64,000 nucleotides of DNA, from the NCBI RefSeq assembly GCF_009914755.1, contig NC_060933.1. One strand, written 5' to 3'. The notes under the pieces were generated by a model. It was not told the DNA's origin. It saw only the letters and a program-made list of their open reading frames with translations, and searched no databases. This document shows positions 55,825 to 64,000 of this stretch, one piece after another (positions within the stretch are counted from its first letter, which is position 1; the number at the start of each line of letters is the position of its first letter). Source of the stretch: the human T2T-CHM13v2.0 reference genome, Homo sapiens. The position numbers and the translations under genes are program-made.

Positions 55825-58540
55825 TGTGACATTTGAATACCCAAGCTCACATATAACTGATTTCCTAAATATCATTTAATTTTATGTTGCTTTTCTAATT
55901 GATTTAATTGTTAGTTTTCCTTATAGTCAAATGCTTAATACAATCATAAATGGAACCAAAAATATAGTAAACATTTCTTTTTCTGATGTATGTAAAAAAG
56001 ATACAGGAAAATTCTGAAATCAGATCACTATAAGCTAGTAAAACAGGTGAATTATTTGATTAGAAATGGACTCTTCCTTCATAAGTTACACAAATCCTTA
56101 TGTAGTCACTGAAAATTCTTACTCAGAATTAATACCTGTCCAGAGGGAAACAGCCTGTTATAAAAGCTTTCTGTTAATATATTTTTTAAGGCAGGAAAAC
56201 AATCATTATTTCCAAACACACTTTGTTTGTCTAATTCTAGGAGAGAATCACCAATTTCTTCAAGGTCCAAAATGATCAGAACAAGAATGACAACAGTGTC
56301 AACCAAATGATGCCTCCAACTCCTTTTAATGATTGTGCCTTGGTACACATTTCCTCAAAGATAATGGCTATACTTTTCCCACAATCTTTTTGCTTTTGTT
56401 TTCTCCCAGTGTGGTACTCATGGAGTATGGAAGGGACATAAGGTTTAGAGAACATAGGAAGCAATTTGCTTCCATCAATAACCAGAATGATGGATTGACA
56501 TAAATCAGCACAAAAAGATAAGTGTAATTCTATTCAAGTCCCTTAATGTTTTGCCAATTAAGGTTTTTTTTTTTTTTTTTTTGAAACAACAACAGTGTAA
56601 TCTTTAACAGGGATGTTAAAGGTAAGAAGTCAGGAAGATAAACCAAAATGATTGAGTATGATAAAGAATTTTGCATGGCGATTAAAATAGAAAACCTATA
56701 AATGTAGAAAAAGCAGGTCTGGACTTAGCAAAGAAACAATATAGTTTGGAGAAGGCATGAAATAAGTTCTTTTCATGTTCACTGCTGGTCACAGCCATAA
56801 CAGAGAGTGATGTGGAGAGCTTTGGGAAGGTTTCACGTTGAGTTACATCAGTGGTCAACAATGGAGCAACAAGACTCCGTAGAGGATGCCACCCTGGGAG
56901 AATTGCAAGGGAAAGGAGGCTGAAGCACAACTGGTAATAGCCTTCAGATATTTAATGGATATGCAAATAAAGCTCTGATTAATTGTATTTTCACTTATTA
57001 TATATCATCTTTGGACCTTTCTAAAAGTGGGACACTAGAAAAGATATACTGAAACTCAAAAAGAATACTTCAGCTCGAGTTGAATGGAATTCAAGATGTT
57101 GTGGAGGGTTCAGTGGGTTGGTTATACCAAAGAATGCTATAGAATTTCCATGCCCGAAGAACTGTGAGAGGAGTATAGATTTTTTCACCAAGGAAGTTAC
57201 TGGCATGGTTTGAGAGATAGAAGGAATTGATTAAGAAACCTCTCAAAGTTTCTTCCACTTAAACTGGCTCTGAGACTCTGGGTCTTTGGAAATGAGAAAA
57301 TACCCAGGGAAGAGAAAACGAACAATTTAAGAAGCAGGAAATGACTCTAGATCAGTATTTCTCAATTACAGCCGTTTAAGACATTTTCTTCCTAATCATC
57401 TCTCCCTTGCACCATCACCATGAAATTTTAATACCACATAAATACTTTGTATCTGTTTATGTACTTGTGATCCTTTGGAGGGTCACAACTCACTGTACTA
57501 TCTAAGAGTTTTCCCAAAAAAACCATCTGACAATTAGGGAGTGTGTGCTCTCTATAAATAAACTATGGGTCCAAATGGGAGGTCATTGAAGACGGGAGAA
57601 AAAATAAAAGCGTTGAATATTTCACCTCTGGCTACAGGGAGCATACAAATCCTCACTTGCCCATGCTCTCACGTATTGCCTGCACATGGAAACTTCCTTC
57701 TTCCCCTCCCTCCTGTTATATGGAAAGGGATGAATGCTTTGCTAGTGCTATATCATCTGACTGCAATGCTTATAATATTTTGGGGATCCTGGGCCTCCTT
57801 GAGAACATTAAGGGATGAATGTACGTATGCACAGCCTCACACTCTATAAATGTATGTGTCCTGAATTTCAGAGCTTAATAATGAATTATGGAACTTGATA
57901 ATGATTGGATCAGGCAGACAACACCTGATCAGTCCTAATATCAGAAAAGAGACAAGTAGACATTATGTGCTTCCTGAGGTGAGGCAGTAGTAAGGAAACA
58001 ACATCACACATGTAGCAGTCTTGGGAAAAAAAATGTAACCTGTATCTCGTAATGAGGAAACAATCAGTAAAAAAGTCTAGATTGTGGGACATTCCACAAA
58101 CTTGCCTGAACTCTTTAATAATGTCAGTGTCATGAAAGACACACCACACACACACACACTGCACATCATACACAAACACCACCCCACCACCCACCACTCA
58201 GACACACACAAAAGGGCAACTCTAATCAATTAAAGGAAACAAAAGAGAATGACAACTACATATAACGTATAATTCTTGATTGGATCCTGGATTTAAAAAT
58301 AAACAGCTATAAAGGATATTTTGGGGACAACTGGAGAATTTTGAATATGGATCATATATTAGATTTATGCAGTATCAGTGTTCAGTTTCATGGGCGTGAA
58401 AATATTGCAGATTTATAGGACAATGCTCTTATTAAAAGAAAGAATATGATGAAGTATTTTACATTTTCATGATGTCTGCAACTTATTTTCAGAAGGTTCA
58501 AGAATAAGAATGTGTATTTACAGTGAGAAAGAAAATGTGA

Positions 58541-58670
58541 GGCAGGTGCGGTGGTACATGCCATAGTCCTGGCTACTCAGGAGGCTAAGGTTGAAGCTCA
58601 CTTGAGGCAAGGGGTTCAAGGCCAGCTTGGGTAAAATAGGGAGAGACCCCTTCTCTTAAAAAAAAAAAAG
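58541..58670 (+). mobile_element. FLAM within an old L1M remnant in the MOB3B 3'UTR
   Basis: Monomeric Alu with A-tail. Confidence 0.75.
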
Positions 58671-61180
58671 GAAGAAAAGAAAACAAGGCAAAACATTAAC
58701 AACTGATGCACTAAAGGACATAAGGGTACTCACTATAATCTTTCAACTTTGAAACTTTTACTTTAAAATTTCCCAAAATTAAAATGAAAGCAGAAAAAGA
58801 AGGAGAGTAGGACAGGTTAGGAAGAAGAAGGAGGGTTGTCAGTCTCTGACCCAGAGGGCTGAAGCTCCATTTATAACAGAGATGAACAGTTAGATGCAGT
58901 CAAGCAGAGGAGATAAAAATTGACTGCAGAGATTTTCTTCAGAATGTGCCAAAGTTCTGTGGGAACAGGAATATTCTGTGATTAAAAAAAAAAAAAGGGT
59001 AGTTTGCCAGAATTTACCCTAGAAGAGTTCATTAGTGCAATTAACAATATAAGCAGGAGGAAATTCTTCCAAGAAGCTTAAAAAGATTTGGATTTTTAAA
59101 TTGAGTGGAAATTTCATATGCACAGTTAATAAAAAATAACCTTAAAAAGAATGAATAACAAAGGTCTCCAGATTCCAGCCTCCTGCTCGATTATGCACTG
59201 CTGAAATGCAGGAACATATTCAACTTTTTAATGTAAAAATCCTGTGGCGTTCCATGATGCACAGCTACAGAGTTCCTCCAGGGCATGGGCTCCGTAGTTA
59301 CCTCTCTGTGCCACTGTGCTGCATTCCCATCTGGTAACTGTGTATTGCAGAGGCTGGGACTTAGGGGCTCTTGTTTCTGTTCTCTGGATCTCTGTGATGG
59401 TCAGATATTCTTTTGGCCAAAAGAGATGTAGGGAAAAAACTTTGCCTATCTTGTCCTCTCAAAGTTACTTAGGAAGGGGGACAAAAGTATGTTTATTGTT
59501 GACCAGGGCACAGCAACATGGTGAGGTAGCAGCAATTGGATTCCGTGAGATGACCTTTATGAGACACAAAGCAAGGTTCAGGCTGCTTGGTTAGGTCAAC
59601 AGAGAATGCCACTGTACCCACAGAGACAGCCCTTTCTTAGCTTGGACAAAGATTTCATGATTCTAGTCTTTTGTGGCAGCCACAGAGGGCTTTAACACAT
59701 TATGATTGATAAAACAAAATCAGAGTCATTTAGTTATTCTTTAATCATTATTACTTTAAAATACACTAATACATTCTTATCTACTTCCCTCCACCGACAA
59801 ATATTTTGCTAAATTAAAAGGATCACTGGAAGTATTATGACCCCCCTCGTCACAGGTGGTCAGAACCACCACAGTTTTGTGAATGAATCAGAGAAGGCAA
59901 CATTTCATCAACGAAAACTCATTTAGGTTTCAAAAGGCAGGATGTAGTACAGAATGCATTATTCTGACTGTCTTCTGGAATAGAAAAATTGGAAAGGATG
60001 AAAGAAGGAAGTTAGCTCCAGCTCCACTGTTACCTTGGCAACCGTGGCCCAATCACAGGGGCAGAAATTAATTTTGTGCCGTAACATAACGTGGCAGAGG
60101 AGTGGGGAGCGTGGAGTGGGGAGAGAATGACGGCTGGGTTTAAATGCTCAGAAGGCTAGTGGGGAGGGTTACAAGTCAGCCGTCTGGGTGTTAAATCTAC
60201 ACGTACCAAATAACCAATTGTACTTTTTTCACTGAAATGTTAGTATTATGTAGAGACAGCCACGACTCCCTGTCTTTAATAAAGAACAAACACTGCAGTA
60301 ATCATGCCCAACGCTCCCGCTGATCATTCTTAGTTATTTAGGACTTTTATTTCTCTCTTCTGGGAAACAGGAAAGAATATCTTCCACTGAAGAGACAAGG
60401 AATGATGGTGGTTATAAAAAATACATTCTGATCAGGTGAACTGGTAACTTGTCAGCTTTACGCTAGTAACCAGTCTCTTCCCTGCAGTTAGAACGTGAAG
60501 ACCCTGTTTGGGGCAGAGACAAGCCACCCCATGGAGTGTCCCTGATAAAACTATTTATTAGGGAAATGCTATGGACGCCTCGGCAGGGAGAGTAGGGAGG
60601 TGCAGGGGATGGGTAGGGGTTCAGGTGTCTCAGAGCTCCACAGCCCTGCACAGTGTTAAACCACAGATCAGAGCAGGAGCTTTTAGAGACCTGAAAGGAA
60701 GGCTTATTGCATAAAAACTTGCTGCACATCCAGAGGTCCAAAATTCACCCGGCACTTAAAAAACCAATCACAGAGAAGTCGGCCAGCTGACAAGACAGAT
60801 AAGTGGAAAAATACGAACACGCATCTCAGTCTCAAAACCTGAATTCCAGTAAAGCTTAGGCGGCAGGTCACAGGCAGAACTGTGCCATGTGTGGAAGTGC
60901 AGAGGCTTCCTCGTGGACAATTCCCCAGCCAGAACGGTCAAGGGGCTGGTCCTTCTTTCACGTTGTGGTCTGCCTCGTCCACAGGTCTGGGCTAGCAGCA
61001 CTCAGAAGGTTAAGAGCACACAAAGTGAGTGGGGAATGTCTCTCAGGAGTCACTGCTTGCCTCCACCTCTGCTGTTCCTGGGAGTAGGTGTGTCATTTCA
61101 GCCAGGGTGGTCCACCTCCTGCCCGCTCAGGGCACCAGGAGGAAACAGCTTTCCTTTCTTCCAAAGGGTGAGGTGGAGCA

Positions 61181-61210
61181 TTAGTGACACATCCTGCTCG
61201 TCATTTCTTT
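61181..61210 (-). CDS. MOB3B: MOB kinase activator 3B, final coding exon
   Basis: tttccccttgctttccag|AAA GAA ATG ACG AGC AGG ATG TGT CAC TAA = KEMTSRMCH*, matching the recalled MOB3B C-terminus. Synteny with EQTN agrees. Confidence 0.88.
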   Translation of the reverse strand, partial: KEMTSRMCH

Positions 61211-62591
61211 CTGGAAAGCAAGGGGAAAAGGATGGTTAGGAGAAACTATAAGCAGAGCAACGATTTGGTGAAGGATCCTGAAAATGCTCTTGGAATCTCG
61301 AGAGCCTGTAAATGAAAGCTTGCAAGCATGGTCCATGAATAAGGCTTAGCATGAGGGTATGTTCCATCTGTTTGTTCTGCAGAATTTTTTTTTTCCATTA
61401 AGGCACTGTTTAAAAATTTGACTCATGTATCAAAATTCAGGTTGCTTGCTTGCTTTTTCTGAGAAATTGCAAGATTTGGAGCTTCTGAACAACTGGAGTT
61501 GAAGAATGGCTGTCCTCTTCAGCAGAAGAATTTGCTCTCCAGTTTGCCCCAGTCCTTGCCACTCCCACCTGACTTCCCAGCAGGAGCCATGTAGCACTTA
61601 TGAACTGATACAGTAATTGGATTTGGACTGCTAGTTTTCTTCGAGTAGGGAAAGATTTAAGTTTCAATCAAAGATGGAAAAATAAAGGATAAGTGGGTAT
61701 AAGTCAAGAAAAGCAGGAAGGAGGACATTTTTAAAAATAGAAATGAATAATACACCAAAGTGTCTGACATGCGTCACCTGCCTGGCTCTTGTGGGTATTT
61801 ATAGATCCCGAATAGCCATCCTTTCTCTACCCCTGGGGCTCCGCACAGGTTGAGTCCCATGCCTATGGTCCGCTGCTACCACATCCTGCGCCTGCCCCTC
61901 TTCATTTGTCAAATTGCCACTCATTTTTCCACCTCAGGTAAGGTGACTTTTACCTGCTGGGAGACCTTCCCGCACTCCTGCCCCACTCGCTGTGGAGGTA
62001 GCCACTCTCTCCTCCTGTGCACACATTGATTCTTACATGCAGTGTATGAATTTGTACATCTCTGTGTGTGTGTGTGTGTACTGGGGCTCTGGACATGTCT
62101 GTTGGCCCTGCTAGACTGGGCGCTACTAAGTGCCAGGAAAAAGAAGCACTCATTGAATCGCCCCATGTGCTTTCATCTTTGTAGCCCCTGCCCCTGGCAC
62201 TGTGCCAGGGTAGTGGCTCCTCTTTCATCTCCAAGGATGGTCTGAGGAGCAGGCTAGTAATGAGCCCTGTGCCATTTAGCATCTTGAGAAGACAAGTTTC
62301 ATGTCACTTTAGTTAGATGAACGATCTTCCAAGTTCTACCTGCTGCAGAGCTGACTGCAGCTACTACATCTCTTGCATACTGACCTGGACTGCCACACCT
62401 TATATAATAGGAAACATCGAGAAAAAGGAGACTGAGTGTGGGAGTGCCAAGGTGTTCAGAGAAGCGTTCTATTCGAAAACCATACAGATGTGCTGGTTAA
62501 AGAAATAACAATAGACAAGGCAGAATCTAGGCACTTTTGCATCTCTATAATTATTAATACAGGAAGTTACAAATCTATGTGTATATCTAAT

Positions 62592-62884
62592 TTTTTCAAT
62601 TTTTAATTTTTTCGACAGGATCTTGCTGTTGCCCAGGCTGGAGTGCAGTGGCAACAGCTCACTGCAGCCTCAACCACTCGGGCTCAAGCTATCCACCCAC
62701 CTCAGACTCCTGAGTAGCTGGGACTATAGGCACACAACACCACACCTGGCTAGTTTTTAAGTTTGTTGTATAGACAGGATTTCACCATGTTGCCCTGGTT
62801 GGTCTCAGACTCCTGAGCTCAAGCATTACCCATCTTGGCCTCCCAAAGTGCTGGGATTACAGGTGTGAACCACTGCACCCAGCT
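62592..62884 (-). mobile_element. AluJ in the last intron of MOB3B
   Basis: Diverged antisense dimer (cagctcactgcagcctcaacc). Confidence 0.85.
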
Positions 62885-64000
62885 TTTGGCTTAACTCTTG
62901 ATGACACAGACAAGGAAAACAAGATGGGAATACAACAAGAGCATGTGTGTGTGTGTTTGAGAGAGACAGAAAGAGAAGTAGGGAGAGAGAAAGTGTGTTC
63001 ATGGGATAAACAGAATTTTAGCTTTATAACTTAATTATTTGCAATAGGTCTGTACTTTTGAAAAGAAAGAAGCTAGCTATAGTTAAATATCTATAAGATG
63101 CCAGGTGCTTTGGGGTGGTTATACCATTGCATCTGTATAACTCTAAGACAGGGAACTATGACCTCCAATGGACAGAGGAAGAATCCCAGTTTCAGAGCAG
63201 AAGCTATTTGCTCAAGGTAAATGGGTAAGGTACAGAATGCTCAACAGTAACCGCTGCTTTTATTAAACAGAGGCCTGCTGTTTGCCAGTCCCAGTGTCTA
63301 CTGCTATACAGATATTATACTTTGTGAAGTAAGATTTGCCATCTCTACTGTATTGATGAGGAAAAACCCTCAGGGAAGGAGAGTACCTTACCAGGTCACA
63401 TAGAAAGCTGCAGGTCTACGGTTTAAACTCAGGTCTATCTGACCGCAAAGGCTTGCTCTTTCTACTACACCATGTGATTGTAGGTTAAAGCCTCTAAGAT
63501 AGTCTTATGAATATGCAATCGGATAATACTGGCATATATTAATTGACATATATAATTATAGGTGGTTGCAGTCATTCATGAATTTTCAAAATGCCAGATT
63601 TTTTTCTTTATCCAGACTGATGCCAGTTTGAATTATAGGTACAATGGGCAAATACTAGAACAATTATGCCACTGAGAGAGTATGGACACTAGAAATATGG
63701 CAGAGTTTTTTTTTAAGTAGCAGAGTAACAGTTTCAGAGAGGACAGGGTACTTATTCAAGGTCACTGAGATGCAGGATAAAAACTGTTTCCTGGGATGCC
63801 TCTTAAATTCATAAAGGGAATGTATGGTTGAAATAGCAGATCAGAAACATCAGGAAAGACATTTGAGTTGGATCCATCCTTCAAAGCTCTGCAAGACTCT
63901 GCAAGCTGTATTCTAGCACTTGCCCACTGGGTGGAGCCAATGAGCTGTTAAAAAAAAAAACTCGTTTAAATAAACAAATGGCAATGCTAGGTTCCATCGC

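Larger units (their letters stand above)
55795..61180 (-). other. MOB3B: MOB3B long 3'UTR (~5.4 kb)
   Basis: Runs from the stop codon to AATAAA at 55824-55819, which is followed by a GU/U-rich downstream element. The end position is inferred. Confidence 0.75.

Overview
Primate (very likely human) genomic DNA matching the 9p21.2 interval between TEK and MOB3B. All genes are on the minus strand. From right to left: (1) the last coding exon (KEMTSRMCH*) and ~5.4 kb 3'UTR of MOB3B; (2) a near-full-length older L1PA carrying three nested Alus, starting ~130 bp beyond the MOB3B poly(A) region; (3) repeat-rich intergenic DNA with a decayed ERVL (dUTPase remnant), MaLR, LTRs, MIR and L2; (4) the complete 8-exon EQTN (equatorin) gene, whose exons sum to 885 nt (294 aa + stop), with a solo LTR3 (HML-6) just upstream; (5) the main hidden feature, a multi-exon, intron-retaining fossil paralog of REXO1. 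It keeps a TATA/CCAAT/GC promoter, an intact N-terminal CCCH zinc-finger exon and several canonical splice sites, but has frameshifts and stops in exon 2. From memory this locus is annotated as LINC00032/REXO6P. Homology calls and repeat subfamily names come from recalled sequences, not from searches, and repeat boundaries are approximate.
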